The notes under the pieces are model-generated. The model was not told the DNA's origin. It was given only the letters and a program-made list of their open reading frames with translations, and searched no databases. Shown in pieces: positions 8,692 to 18,021 of a DNA stretch of 32,000 bases (positions are counted from its first letter, which is position 1; each line of letters opens with the position of its first letter). A program made the position numbers and the translations under genes. The DNA is from Candidatus Saccharimonadota bacterium (GTDB lineage Bacteria > Patescibacteriota > Gracilibacteria > UBA1369 > 2-02-FULL-48-14): NCBI GenBank assembly GCA_041661045.1, contig JBAZVE010000001.1, forward strand, positions 1,260,001-1,292,000, given 5' to 3'.

Positions 8692-8713
8692 ACATTTAAA
8701 CTAACTTGTCAAT

Positions 8714-9829
8714 ATGTCTAACTGGGTTTTTCCGCTTGTATTAGCCATTTTGGGTTTTGGAGGACTGCTTTACTTCTTCAATAAGAAGATTGAGGAGCTT
8801 AAAACTCCCCAAGATGAAGCGCCTTTAAAAATGATGCTTCAGGTTATTGGAGACCTGCGGAGGGATGTGGAAAGCGGGCATGGGAAAAATCGTGAGGAGA
8901 TGACGGCCAAGCTGAATCAAATTCAAGCCTCCCTCACGAAACACCAAACGGACAACACGCAAAGTGTGCAGCAACAGTTGAAACAAAGTTCACTTCTCAT
9001 TGAGGATGTTACGAAAAAATTGAGCACCCTGGAGTCCACGAACAAACAAGTGGTTGGCTTTGCCGAACAGATGAGGACTCTCGAGAACATTCTTAAAAAT
9101 CCTAAGCAGAGAGGCGTCCTTGGAGAGATTTTTTTGGAGAAAATTCTTTCCAATTTGTTCCCTCCTAATCAATTTCAAATGCAGTACAAAATGCGGAATG
9201 GAGAGATTGTGGATGCGGTCATCTTTCAAAATGAGCTGGTCATCCCCATTGATGCCAAATTTTCTCTCGAAAAATACAATCTCATCATGGAGGAAACGGA
9301 TAAAATTCGACGGGAAGATCTTGAAAAAGCCTTTAAAGCTGATGTTAAAAAACGGATCGATGAAACGGCTAAATATGTACGGCCATCGGAACAAACCACG
9401 GATTTTGCTTTTATGTTTATTCCGGCAGAAGGTGTCTTTTATAACTTGATGATCCACAGCGTTGGCACCTTGGATGTGAATTCTCAAAACTTGGTTGAAT
9501 ACGCGGCAAGCAAAAGGGTCACGATTGTGTCCCCGGGCACGCTCACCGCTTATTTACAAACAATACTGCAGGGCATCCACAGGGAGGAGCGCGTGGCAAA
9601 AATTCAGGAAATCCTTGATAACTTGGTCCCGCTGCATCGCCACATGAATGCCTACAATGAATACTTTCAAAAACTTGGTCGACAAATCGGAACCACCGTC
9701 AGTACTTATAATTTGGCGAGAAGTGAATTCAAGAAAATTGATAAAGATGTTTATAAACTCACCGATGGCAAGACCGGCGGACAGATTGAAATGCTGGTTT
9801 TGGAGGATAAACCTGTGGAGTTGGAGTAA
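8714..9829 (+). CDS. rmuC: DNA recombination protein RmuC
   Basis: N-terminal TM helix, long coiled-coil region, then an RmuC nuclease-like core (GVLGEIFLEKILSNLFP, EIVDAVIF...VIPIDAKFSLEKY, FAFMFIPAEGVF). Confidence 0.88.
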   Translation: MSNWVFPLVLAILGFGGLLYFFNKKIEELKTPQDEAPLKMMLQVIGDLRRDVESGHGKNREEMTAKLNQIQASLTKHQTDNTQSVQQQLKQSSLLIEDVTKKLSTLESTNKQVVGFAEQMRTLENILKNPKQRGVLGEIFLEKILSNLFPPNQFQMQYKMRNGEIVDAVIFQNELVIPIDAKFSLEKYNLIMEETDKIRREDLEKAFKADVKKRIDETAKYVRPSEQTTDFAFMFIPAEGVFYNLMIHSVGTLDVNSQNLVEYAASKRVTIVSPGTLTAYLQTILQGIHREERVAKIQEILDNLVPLHRHMNAYNEYFQKLGRQIGTTVSTYNLARSEFKKIDKDVYKLTDGKTGGQIEMLVLEDKPVELE

Positions 9830-9870
9830 TAATTGTCTGAGTATTTCTTTACTTTCAACCTGATTTAACC

Positions 9871-9890
9871 TAAAGTGGGGTGGCTTTTTT
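9871..9890 (+). repeat. G-tract/T-tract motif copy 3 (TAAAGTGGGGTGGCTTTTTT) downstream of rmuC
   Basis: Same orientation and consensus as copies 1 and 2. Lies 42 nt after the rmuC stop, followed by a small hairpin CTCGG-tttca-CCGAG (9899-9913). Confidence 0.3.
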
Positions 9891-9928
9891 AAAAGACCCT
9901 CGGTTTCACCGAGTAACCTGCACTTTAG

Positions 9929-11989
9929 ATGGCCACAGCACTCACCGATTTAGCGTCTACACTGGGACTCACGGAAAGCGAAATGCGAAAGCTGCTTTTG
10001 GAGCTTGGCTTTGAGGACAATGAAGAAATTGAGGATGAAGTGGCTGATTTGGTGAAAGATGAGGTGGCCGGCCGTCTAGATAAAAGTGCGGCGGAGGTTT
10101 ATGAGAAAATTGTGGAAGAAGAGCAGGAAAAGGAGATTGTGAAAAGCCAACGGAAGCAAAAAGCCGGAAAAGTGGTGAAAAAAGCGGAAGTGAGACGATC
10201 TGAACCGGTTCAAATGAGAAAAGACAGTGTGGAAATTCATGAGTTCATTTCGGTGAAGGAATTGGCGGAAAAAACGGGGCTGAGTGCGGCGGTCTTGATT
10301 GGGGCTTTGATGAAAAATGGGATTTTGGCCAGCTTGAATCAGGTTATTGACTACGACACCGCGATGATTATCACCGACGGAATGGGCGTACAGCTTAAAA
10401 AGCACCGGCAAGATGCACGAGCGGAAGATATTTTTAAGGGAGATTTGGAGAAACTGCTCGGAGAAGATGAGAAGGCAGACCTTGAAAAACGCCCCCCCGT
10501 GGTGTGCGTGATGGGACATGTGGATCACGGGAAAACAACACTGCTCGATGCGATTCGAAACGCAAAAGTGGTGGATTCCGAGGCGGGTGGAATCACTCAA
10601 CATATTGGAGCTTATCAGGTTGAACTCAAAGGGCAGAAAATCACTTTTCTCGACACTCCGGGGCATGAAGCCTTCACGGCGATGAGAGCAAGAGGGGCAA
10701 GGGCGACTGACATCGCTATTTTGGTGGTGGCGGCGGATGATGGGGTGATGCCTCAAACCATTGAAGCCATCAACCACGCCAAAGAGGCCAATGTTCCTGT
10801 GATTGTGGCGATCAACAAAATCGATAAACCAGATGCCAACCTCAATAAAATCAAGGCGGAATTGGTGGAATACGGTCTTCAATCGGAAGAGTGGGGCGGA
10901 CAAACGATTATGGTGCCCATTTCGGCCAAGAATAAACAAGGAATAGATCTTTTGCTCGAAAGTGTTTTGCTTGTTTCGGAAATGCTGGAACTCAAGGCCA
11001 ACCCCAATCGGCCCGCTGTGGCGACTGTGGTGGAATCGCATCTGGACCTCAGCATGGGCCCTGTGGCCACCATTTTGGTGAATACCGGAACCTTGACCGT
11101 GGGAGACAACTTTATTGTGGGAGAAACTTTTGGTCGCATCAAAAAAATGACCGACCACACCGGGAAAACGCTAAAAGTCCTTGGGCCTTCGGATACCGCC
11201 CAAATTGCCGGTTTGCACGATCCCGTGGAAAGCGGACAGATTTTGCAGGCGGTGAAGGATGAAAAATTGGCACGGCAACGCGCTATGCAAGTCCACGACA
11301 TGGCCAGAGAAGAACTGATCAAAACCGGAATGGGGATGCAAGAAATTTTGCAACGGATCAAAGAAGGTTCCCTTAAACTGCTCAAAGTGGTGATGAAGGC
11401 GGACACCCAAGGATCTCTGGAAGCCATCAAACAATCTTTGGCAAAAGTGAAGAATGACGATGTGGCGATTAAGGTGATTCACAGTGGGGTGGGGTCTATA
11501 ACAGAATCGGATGTGCTCATGGCCGCCGCGAGTCCGGGTAGTTTGGTGATTGGCTTCCACACGGAGGCCGGAGCCCAAGTGAGACGACTTGCCGAACGGA
11601 TGGGTGTGGAAGTGGTGACTTATAAGATCATCTATGAGTTGATCGAAGATCTCCGCAAGATTCTTTCCGGTATGCTTCAACCTGAAGTTCTCTTGGTGGA
11701 ACTTGGAAAATTCAAAGTCATGAAAATCTTCTTCACGGGTAAAAATGAGTTTGTGGTGGGAGGAAAAATCACCGAGGGGGTCATCAAAAGCAAATGCAAT
11801 GTCCGTGTTTTACGAGATGGCAAACAAATTGGGGATGGGAAAGTCATCGGTCTCAAGTTGGTGAATGAAGACATGGTAGAATTGGATAAGGGCAATGAGT
11901 GTGGAGTGCGTTACCAAGGGAAAGTTGATCTCGAAGAGCATGATGTTCTCGAAGCGTGGAAGGAAGAAAAGAAAATGAAGACTTTATAA
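9929..11989 (+). CDS. infB: translation initiation factor IF-2
   Basis: G-domain motifs [20 protein letters not shown] and NKIDK. C-terminal IF-2 domains ([32 protein letters not shown]). Confidence 0.95.
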   Translation: MATALTDLASTLGLTESEMRKLLLELGFEDNEEIEDEVADLVKDEVAGRLDKSAAEVYEKIVEEEQEKEIVKSQRKQKAGKVVKKAEVRRSEPVQMRKDSVEIHEFISVKELAEKTGLSAAVLIGALMKNGILASLNQVIDYDTAMIITDGMGVQLKKHRQDARAEDIFKGDLEKLLGEDEKADLEKRPPVVCVMGHVDHGKTTLLDAIRNAKVVDSEAGGITQHIGAYQVELKGQKITFLDTPGHEAFTAMRARGARATDIAILVVAADDGVMPQTIEAINHAKEANVPVIVAINKIDKPDANLNKIKAELVEYGLQSEEWGGQTIMVPISAKNKQGIDLLLESVLLVSEMLELKANPNRPAVATVVESHLDLSMGPVATILVNTGTLTVGDNFIVGETFGRIKKMTDHTGKTLKVLGPSDTAQIAGLHDPVESGQILQAVKDEKLARQRAMQVHDMAREELIKTGMGMQEILQRIKEGSLKLLKVVMKADTQGSLEAIKQSLAKVKNDDVAIKVIHSGVGSITESDVLMAAASPGSLVIGFHTEAGAQVRRLAERMGVEVVTYKIIYELIEDLRKILSGMLQPEVLLVELGKFKVMKIFFTGKNEFVVGGKITEGVIKSKCNVRVLRDGKQIGDGKVIGLKLVNEDMVELDKGNECGVRYQGKVDLEEHDVLEAWKEEKKMKTL

Positions 11990-11998
11990 TAGGTTTTT

Positions 11999-12940
11999 AT
12001 GAAGCTCCTCGTCACCGGCGGCGCCGGGTTCATTGGCAGCAATTATGTGTATCGGCATCTGGAGAAACGACCGGAGGATGCTTTGGTGGTTCTGGATGCC
12101 CTCACCTATTCCGGGCACCGAGAACATTTGGCGAAAGCCGAAGAACAGGGAGTCCAATTTGTGGAAGGGCGGATTCAGGATCGCGATCTTGTCCGCGCTC
12201 TTTTTGAGGCGGAACACTTTGATGCTGTCGTTCATTTTGCGGCGGAAACCCATGTGGATCGCAGCATCAAAAATCCGGGACTTTTTGTGGACACCAATGT
12301 CCATGGAACTCAAGTTTTGCTCGACAATGCTCGAGATTTTAAGATCAAACGGTTTCACCACATCTCCACGGATGAGGTTTATGGAGATTTGGGCTTTGGC
12401 AGCACAGACCATTTCCGAGAAGACTCTCCCCTTCGCCCCAGCAGCCCCTACTCCGCCAGCAAAGCGGGGTCGGACTTGTTGTGTCTTTCCTATTTGAGAA
12501 CTTATGGTGTCCCCGTAAGCATCAGCCGTTGCTCCAACAATTATGGCCCCTACCAAAGCCTGGAAAACTTTATTCCTCTTATGATCCGCAAAGCCGCTGC
12601 CGGAGAAGCCCTTCCCCTCTATGGAAATGGCAAACATGTCCGAGATTGGCTCTTTGTCCAAGATCACTGTGATGCCGTTTTACGCATTTTGGAGACTGGA
12701 AAAGTTGGTGAGATTTACAATATTGGAGGGCATGCCGAAGCTGAAAATATTGAGGTGGCCCGCATGATTCTCAAACTGTTGGGACGACCGGAAAACTTGA
12801 TTTCTTTCGTTCCCGACCGACCCGGCCATGATGAGCGCTATGCGATTGATTTTGGGAAGATGCAAAGAGAGTTGGGGTGGACTCCCGCGGTCTCTTTTGA
12901 AGAAGGGATGCGCAAAACCATTGCTTGGTATACACTTTAA
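11999..12940 (+). CDS. rfbB: dTDP-glucose 4,6-dehydratase
   Basis: Rossmann motif MKLLVTGGAGFIGSN, catalytic YSASKAGSD, and typical RmlB blocks (STDEVYG, RCSNNYGPYQ, HVRDWLFVQDH). Confidence 0.9.
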   Translation: MKLLVTGGAGFIGSNYVYRHLEKRPEDALVVLDALTYSGHREHLAKAEEQGVQFVEGRIQDRDLVRALFEAEHFDAVVHFAAETHVDRSIKNPGLFVDTNVHGTQVLLDNARDFKIKRFHHISTDEVYGDLGFGSTDHFREDSPLRPSSPYSASKAGSDLLCLSYLRTYGVPVSISRCSNNYGPYQSLENFIPLMIRKAAAGEALPLYGNGKHVRDWLFVQDHCDAVLRILETGKVGEIYNIGGHAEAENIEVARMILKLLGRPENLISFVPDRPGHDERYAIDFGKMQRELGWTPAVSFEEGMRKTIAWYTL

Positions 12941-12942
12941 TC

Positions 12943-13665
12943 ATGAAAGGAGTAATTCTTGCCGGAGGAACTGGATCCAGGTTGTCGCCGTTGACTAAGG
13001 TGACCAACAAGCACCTGCTTCCCATCTACAATAAGCCCATGATTTACTACCCGCTCCTTAAACTTAAGGAGATGGGGGTCAAATCCGTACTTTTGGTTTC
13101 CGGCAAGGGGCATGCGGGTCATTTTTTGGAACTTTTGGGGGCCGGGACCGAGTTTGGTCTCAGCATTGCCTATGAGGTTCAAGAAGAAGCGGGTGGCATC
13201 GCCCAAGCCTTGAGTTTGGCCAAAGATTTCGTCGGAGAAGAAAAGTTTGTGGTGATGCTCGGAGATAATATTTTTGAAGATTCCCTTACCGAGGCCGCTC
13301 GGGCCTTTGAATCGGGCAACAACGAGGCTCATCTTTTCCTTAAAGAGGTCTCCCGACCTGAAAGTTATGGGGTCCCTCGTTTTGAGGATGGGAAAATTGT
13401 TGAAATTTTAGAAAAGCCAAGTGTCCCTCCCAGCCAGTATGCGGTTACGGGAGCTTACCTTTACACCCCCAAAGTTTTTGAAATCATTCAGGAGATTCAG
13501 CCTTCCGCTCGAGGCGAGTTGGAGATCACTACGGTGAATGACTTTTTTGTACACAATGGAAGCCTCAGCCACACTCTTTTGGATGGTTTTTGGGGGGATT
13601 GCGGGGAATCCATAGACCAAATGATGGCTGTTTCTCGTTTTATTCAGGAAAACCTGGCTCACTGA
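12943..13665 (+). CDS. rfbA: glucose-1-phosphate thymidylyltransferase-like sugar nucleotidyltransferase (short form)
   Basis: MKGVILAGGTGSRLSPLT signature, with GGIAQAL and MLGDNIF. Lies directly after rfbB. The track start TTG/ATG 12925 overlaps rfbB; ATG 12943, 2 nt after the rfbB stop, gives the canonical N-terminus. Sugar specificity is inferred from context. Confidence 0.8.
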   Translation: MKGVILAGGTGSRLSPLTKVTNKHLLPIYNKPMIYYPLLKLKEMGVKSVLLVSGKGHAGHFLELLGAGTEFGLSIAYEVQEEAGGIAQALSLAKDFVGEEKFVVMLGDNIFEDSLTEAARAFESGNNEAHLFLKEVSRPESYGVPRFEDGKIVEILEKPSVPPSQYAVTGAYLYTPKVFEIIQEIQPSARGELEITTVNDFFVHNGSLSHTLLDGFWGDCGESIDQMMAVSRFIQENLAH

Positions 13666-14702
13666 AGCACTTGCTTTATGAAAGACTGGTTGAAGATGAG
13701 GCGGCTTTCCAGGTTGCTTGGCGTGTTTTTTACAGTGTCTTTGAGTGCCTGACGAAGCGATTCCGGACCTATCTCTTCCCCGGAAAGCACTCGGCAAGAC
13801 CCTTCGAGCGAGGCTTGGACCTTTTTGGAATAAGAAAGAGCGATGCAGGGCGTCCCGGCGGCCAATGCAAAAATACCGGCATGTAGACGGGCGGTAACCG
13901 CCATTTGGGCCTTTTCGAAGGCTTCAAAGGCCTCCAGCGCCGAGCGTGGCGCGTAGAGTTCCAAGCCACAGGCCTTGAGCGCTTGCAGCTCTTGCGTGCT
14001 GCCGGGGGCCATGCTGATGGCAATGGGTTTGAGCCCTCTTCTTTTCGCAAAGACCTGAATCTCTTTGATCAAAGGTTTCCACTCTTTTGGACCGAATCCT
14101 GGCCAATCTCGAAGTGAAAGCAAAAGCACCGGCTTCTTGGGAATCTTTCTTTTTTGTTCCAGAAGCCAGGAGAATGCCGGGTCTGCTCCTTGAGTGGATG
14201 CAATCCCTTGAGAGTCTAGAATCTGCTTGGAGTCGCCATCTCGCAGCAAAATCCCCGCGGCGCCTTTAAAGGTTTTTTTTGCCAAATATCTGGAGAATCT
14301 ACTCTTGAGCGGCCCGATGCTTTGCCCATAAATCCAATAGGACTTTTTTAGACGACGATAGGCTTTGGCCTGGGCTGCCCAAATGAAGGGGGCTCTCCAA
14401 GTTTCCGTGTCCACAAATAGCCCCCCTCCCCCCAAGATCACACGGTCTGCGGTTTGGATTGCCGCTTCGGCCGCCTTTCGATTTCCTTTTTTCAAACGGC
14501 TCCTCAAGCCCGTGGGGATAAAGGGAACTTTTTTTAACCCTTTATAGATTTCTCTGCTGCTTTCCACTCCTCCATGGCTCACCATTATTTCTCCCTTAAA
14601 TCCGTTGTTTCGAAGCTCGGTCACGATGCCGCCCAAAATAGCGTCGTCGCCCAAATTTCCCGCTCCATAATTTCCGACTATAAGAATGCTGTTTGGCTGC
14701 AT
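13659..14702 (-). CDS. polysaccharide pyruvyl transferase family protein (CsaB-like)
   Basis: N-terminal ILIVGNYGAGNLGDDAILGGIV and overall layout typical of the PS_pyruv_trans family. The 3' end overlaps rfbA by 7 nt on the opposite strand. Confidence 0.8.
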   Translation of the reverse strand: MQPNSILIVGNYGAGNLGDDAILGGIVTELRNNGFKGEIMVSHGGVESSREIYKGLKKVPFIPTGLRSRLKKGNRKAAEAAIQTADRVILGGGGLFVDTETWRAPFIWAAQAKAYRRLKKSYWIYGQSIGPLKSRFSRYLAKKTFKGAAGILLRDGDSKQILDSQGIASTQGADPAFSWLLEQKRKIPKKPVLLLSLRDWPGFGPKEWKPLIKEIQVFAKRRGLKPIAISMAPGSTQELQALKACGLELYAPRSALEAFEAFEKAQMAVTARLHAGIFALAAGTPCIALSYSKKVQASLEGSCRVLSGEEIGPESLRQALKDTVKNTPSNLESRLIFNQSFIKQVLQ

Positions 14703-15271
14703 TGCAATGCTTTTAAGGGTTTGTACGAGTGTCGATGGAGGTCACAGGGGCCAAACTGTCGCAAGGATCGTTGATGGGCCTCGGTCCCATAGCCTTTGTG
14801 CAGCTCGAATCCATAATTGGGATAAGTTTTGGCGTAGTCCACCATCATGCGATCACGGCTCACTTTGGCCAGTATACTGGCGGCGGAGATGCAGGGCACT
14901 TTTTGATCTCCACGAATGATGGAGAGGTGAGGAATTTTAAAGGAGAATTTGTCTCGTCCATCTATTAAAATTTGGTCGGGCACGGTTGGGAGATTCTCCA
15001 GAGCTCGCTGGAAGGCGCAGTAAGTGGCGTTGAGTAAGCCTTTTTCATCCACTTCGATCTCTGTTGCCACCCCAATCCCATAGGGACAAGCGGCCACGAT
15101 GAGCTGAAAAAGTTTTTCGCGCGCTTTGGCGGTGACTTGCTTGGAATCCTTGAGCCCTTTCAGTTTTAGCCCTTTGGGAAGAATCACGGCGGCGGCCACA
15201 ACCGGTCCGGCCCATGAGCCGCGACCCGCTTCGTCCATCCCAACCACGATACCATTAAATCTAGGAATCAT
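14678..15271 (-). CDS. rnhB: ribonuclease HII
   Basis: GMDEAGRGSWAGPVVAAAV (DEAGRG catalytic motif), with DSKQVT and SAASILAKVSRD. One of the few genes with an SD-like AAGGAA upstream. Confidence 0.92.
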   Translation of the reverse strand: MIPRFNGIVVGMDEAGRGSWAGPVVAAAVILPKGLKLKGLKDSKQVTAKAREKLFQLIVAACPYGIGVATEIEVDEKGLLNATYCAFQRALENLPTVPDQILIDGRDKFSFKIPHLSIIRGDQKVPCISAASILAKVSRDRMMVDYAKTYPNYGFELHKGYGTEAHQRSLRQFGPCDLHRHSYKPLKALQCSQTAFL

Positions 15272-15311
15272 AACTTCCTTATCCTAGCGTTTCAAAAAAA
15301 AGCCCGAAAGC

Positions 15312-15827
15312 TTATTTTTCTTCGTCTTCTGTCGGAGTCTCTTCCTCTGGCGCAGCAGCTTCCACTTCTGGAGCAGCTTCTGCTTCTGGAGCAGCAGCTT
15401 CCTCCTGCACAGCTTCTTCTACAACGGGGGTTTCCTCCTCCACAACGGGGGCGGCTTCGTCCATAATGGCCAAGGCAAGGTCCGTCTCTCTGAGACGAGT
15501 GGATTTACCTTGAAGATCTCGCATGTAGTAGAGTTTTGCACGGCGGACTTTTCCTTGCTTCACCACTTCAATTTTTTCAACTGTTGGGGTGTGGAAAGGG
15601 AAAATCTTCTCCACTCCAACTCCCTGCACCATCTTGCGAACGGTGAAAGTTTTGTCCACGCTGGCTCCCGCACTGACGCGGATCACCAAACCTTGAAACA
15701 TCTGTACGCGCTCCTTTCCCCCTTCTTTGATTTTTTGGTAAACCTTAACAGTAGCCCCCGGTTTGAGTACGGGAACATTCTTCTTTACAGAGGAAGACAC
15801 TACGAAGTCGAGGAGAGCTCTAGACAT
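15312..15827 (-). CDS. rplS: 50S ribosomal protein L19 with an Ala/Glu/Pro-rich C-terminal extension of about 50 aa
   Basis: L19 core ([31 protein letters not shown]...FTVRK...[31 protein letters not shown]). It is followed by [42 protein letters not shown]. Confidence 0.92.
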   Translation of the reverse strand: MSRALLDFVVSSSVKKNVPVLKPGATVKVYQKIKEGGKERVQMFQGLVIRVSAGASVDKTFTVRKMVQGVGVEKIFPFHTPTVEKIEVVKQGKVRRAKLYYMRDLQGKSTRLRETDLALAIMDEAAPVVEEETPVVEEAVQEEAAAPEAEAAPEVEAAAPEEETPTEDEEK

Positions 15828-15884
15828 ATAAAAGATTAAGCCTGGATAATATAAGTACCTCTTTCCCCTTTTGCAAGGGCATTT

Positions 15885-16451
15885 TTAGATTTTCTCCGGT
15901 TCTATCCCCAACTTGTTCACGGCGATCATATTGGAGGGGTCTTGAATGAGGTCTAAAATGAATTGATCGCGGCACTTGAGGCGATACAGGAAATCTTCTG
16001 ATTTGAGGACACTGAACTTGATGGGCTCCTGGGTTTCCAGCGTGTCCAGGAATTTTCCGAGATTCTCTTTGTCCACCGTTCCCACCACCAAAAGATCCAC
16101 CGGGGACTCTTTTTGAAGGAAGAAGCCGGCCACCAGAAGGAATTCCACCTCCCCCATCTTGCTGATGTTCTTGAGCAAGTTTTCACTGGAATTGGTGGCC
16201 TTGATGATGATGCTTCGCAGTTCATTGAAGAGCACGAAGTTTTTATTCACGATGTAGAATTTTTTCCTATTTTTTGCACGGCTGCGTAAAAGTCCTAGCT
16301 TCTTTAGATTGTCGAGCTCGCGACGAACGGAGTTTATTTGCTCGTCCAGCTCACGAGTGAGTTCACGCACAAAGAACTCATCATCCGGCCGAAGCAGGAA
16401 TATGGTGAGGAGCTTTACCCGAGCTTTTGAGGTGAATAAGTGTTTTAACAT
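15885..16451 (-). CDS. winged-helix (ArsR-like) transcriptional regulator with an uncharacterised C-terminal domain
   Basis: KARVKLLTIFLLRPDDEFFVRELTRELDEQINSVRRELDNLKKLGLL is a typical wHTH. The track start at 16478 is TTG; ATG 16451 (MLKHLF...) is preferred. Confidence 0.72.
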   Translation of the reverse strand: MLKHLFTSKARVKLLTIFLLRPDDEFFVRELTRELDEQINSVRRELDNLKKLGLLRSRAKNRKKFYIVNKNFVLFNELRSIIIKATNSSENLLKNISKMGEVEFLLVAGFFLQKESPVDLLVVGTVDKENLGKFLDTLETQEPIKFSVLKSEDFLYRLKCRDQFILDLIQDPSNMIAVNKLGIEPEKI

Positions 16452-16520
16452 ATTGATTGATGTGCCCGCTGCATACAATATTTACCCAAGATCTCTTGCA
16501 CTGTATAATTTTTTAATTCA

Positions 16521-16570
16521 AAAAGCAAGAAAAAACTGGGCTTAACCTGTAGTTTTGGCTTGTGCCCAGT
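16521..16570 (-). terminator. rho-independent terminator downstream of tig
   Basis: On the minus strand: ACTGGGC (16570-16564), a loop with an inner AGCC/GGTT pairing, GCCCAGT (16541-16535), then TTTTTTCTTGCTTTT. Lies 69 nt after the tig stop. Confidence 0.55.
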
Positions 16571-16638
16571 GGATTCTTTGAACAAAATTTTTGTGCTTTC
16601 GACTTTTTAAACGAGCCGAGCTGAACAAAAATTGTATT

Positions 16639-17922
16639 CTATTTTGTGTGTGCCTTTACAATCTTACGAAGACGGACTCCGCTGTGCACCATCTCCCTTT
16701 CACGGCTTCCCTCTGCATAACGGCTCTTGAGCATCACTCTGAACTCTGCGGGGTAACGGCTCAAAAGGCGGTCTATTTCTTCCTCAATATCGGCCTCCGT
16801 GACCTCCGGATTTTCCATTTCGAAGAGGCGCTCCAAGGCCAAACGAACCAAGACTTGCTCGAGGGCCGGCTTTTCAAGCTCCTTGCGAAGATCCTTTCCC
16901 GCCTCCTTCATCTCTTTTTCATAGTCCTCCCAGCTTTGCTTGCGTTGCTTCAAATCTTCTTTCAAGCGCTCGATCAAGAAGTCGATTTCCTTTTCCACCA
17001 AGGCTTCGGGCACTTCGGCTTCCACAAGATCCAACAGTTCTTTCAAAAATTCGTTCTCTAAACGAAGATCTTCTTGGTATTCCTTCTGATGGTGAAGCTC
17101 ATGTTTGATCTCTTCTTTGAGGGCCGGCAGTGTCTTTTTTTCGTCTCCGGAAACTTTTTGTGCAAACGCATCGTTGAGCTCATCCGCCTTCCCCTCTTCG
17201 ATTCGGCCGATCTTCACATGGAATTTGACTTTCTTACTCTTGAACTTTTCGGAGTGGTAATCTTTAGGGAAAACGATTTCGAAGTCTTTTTCTTCCCCTT
17301 TTTTCATCCCCACCAATTCATCTTCAAAGCCTGGGATCAAGGAGCCTTCTCCCAAAATCACGGGGTGGTTCTTGCTGGAGGTTCCTTCCAAAGGCACCCC
17401 TTCCATGTCCTGACCGTCAAAATCCACCTCCACGCGGTGGCCTTTTTGAGCCGCTCCCTCCTCAAGATCTTTCCATTCCACCGTCCTTTTCATAAAGTTT
17501 TGCAAAACCTCTTCCAACTCTTCTTCCTTCACCTCCACTTCCTTTCGGGTCAACTGCAGTTTTTCGGGTTCTTTTTTGAACTTCACTTCAGGCAAAACAG
17601 GCACAAGCGCTTCGTACTTGAGTGGATCGTGCGCCAAAATCTCAACCTTGGGATGCGCCACCGGACGCAGTTTCTCCTGAATCAGCGCGGCGGTATAAGA
17701 TTCGGAAAGGGCGATGTCCAAAACCTGACTCATGAAGGCCTGTTCTCCAATCTGTTCTACCAAAACATTTTCCGGGATTTTACCGGCTCTGAACCCGGGC
17801 ACCTTTACCTTATCTTGGAGTTCCGCAAGCGCTTTGACGCGGTAGGCTTTCATTTCTTCCGCTGTGAGCTCAACGGTGACTTTGATTTGAGATTTTTCTT
17901 GAGTCTGAAGGGTGACTTGCAT
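16639..17922 (-). CDS. tig: trigger factor
   Basis: MQVTLQTQEKSQIKVTVELTAEEM is a canonical trigger-factor N-terminus. It contains the ribosome-binding GFRAGKIP motif and an FKBP-type PPIase region. The track start at 17976 lies upstream in the promoter region; ATG 17922 is preferred. Confidence 0.92.
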   Translation of the reverse strand: MQVTLQTQEKSQIKVTVELTAEEMKAYRVKALAELQDKVKVPGFRAGKIPENVLVEQIGEQAFMSQVLDIALSESYTAALIQEKLRPVAHPKVEILAHDPLKYEALVPVLPEVKFKKEPEKLQLTRKEVEVKEEELEEVLQNFMKRTVEWKDLEEGAAQKGHRVEVDFDGQDMEGVPLEGTSSKNHPVILGEGSLIPGFEDELVGMKKGEEKDFEIVFPKDYHSEKFKSKKVKFHVKIGRIEEGKADELNDAFAQKVSGDEKKTLPALKEEIKHELHHQKEYQEDLRLENEFLKELLDLVEAEVPEALVEKEIDFLIERLKEDLKQRKQSWEDYEKEMKEAGKDLRKELEKPALEQVLVRLALERLFEMENPEVTEADIEEEIDRLLSRYPAEFRVMLKSRYAEGSREREMVHSGVRLRKIVKAHTK

Positions 17923-17947
17923 AAATGAGGGTTTTAAATTTGCGCCC

Positions 17948-17976
17948 AGCATACCTGCAGAACTCCTGTATTGCAA
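17948..17976 (-). promoter_or_regulatory. candidate tig promoter (TTGCAA-17 bp-TATGCT)
   Basis: Read on the minus strand. The -35 is the palindromic TTGCAA at 17971-17976, shared with the divergent plus-strand promoter. The -10 TATGCT is at 17953-17948. Confidence 0.35.
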
Positions 17977-17999
17977 TTCTTTGGCTTTTTTGGTATAAT
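17971..17999 (+). promoter_or_regulatory. near-consensus sigma70-type promoter of the giant orphan gene (TTGCAA-17 bp-TGgTATAAT)
   Basis: -35 TTGCAA at 17971-17976, a 17-bp spacer, an extended -10 TG at 17991-17992 and TATAAT at 17994-17999. ATG 18022 lies 22 nt downstream. Confidence 0.55.
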
Positions 18000-18021
18000 T
18001 ATAAGATTTTTACAAACCCGT

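Noticed and set aside
10076-11158. 360-aa minus-strand ORF, plus similar long ORFs at 5422-6456, 3900-4739, 3231-3854, 1803-2561, 17074-17928, 23520-24236, 30477-31247 and 31323-31847.
   Set aside because: Each lies entirely antisense to a confidently identified conserved gene (infB, rpsA, clpC, the lipoprotein, tig, typA, tkt). Their products are low-complexity, His/Phe/Arg/Asn-rich sequences with no motifs. They are classic shadow ORFs.
12925-12942. Track start 12925 for rfbA (MVYTLIMKGV...).
   Set aside because: It would overlap rfbB by 16 nt. The nucleotidyltransferase family begins MKG(V/I)ILAGG, which ATG 12943 provides.
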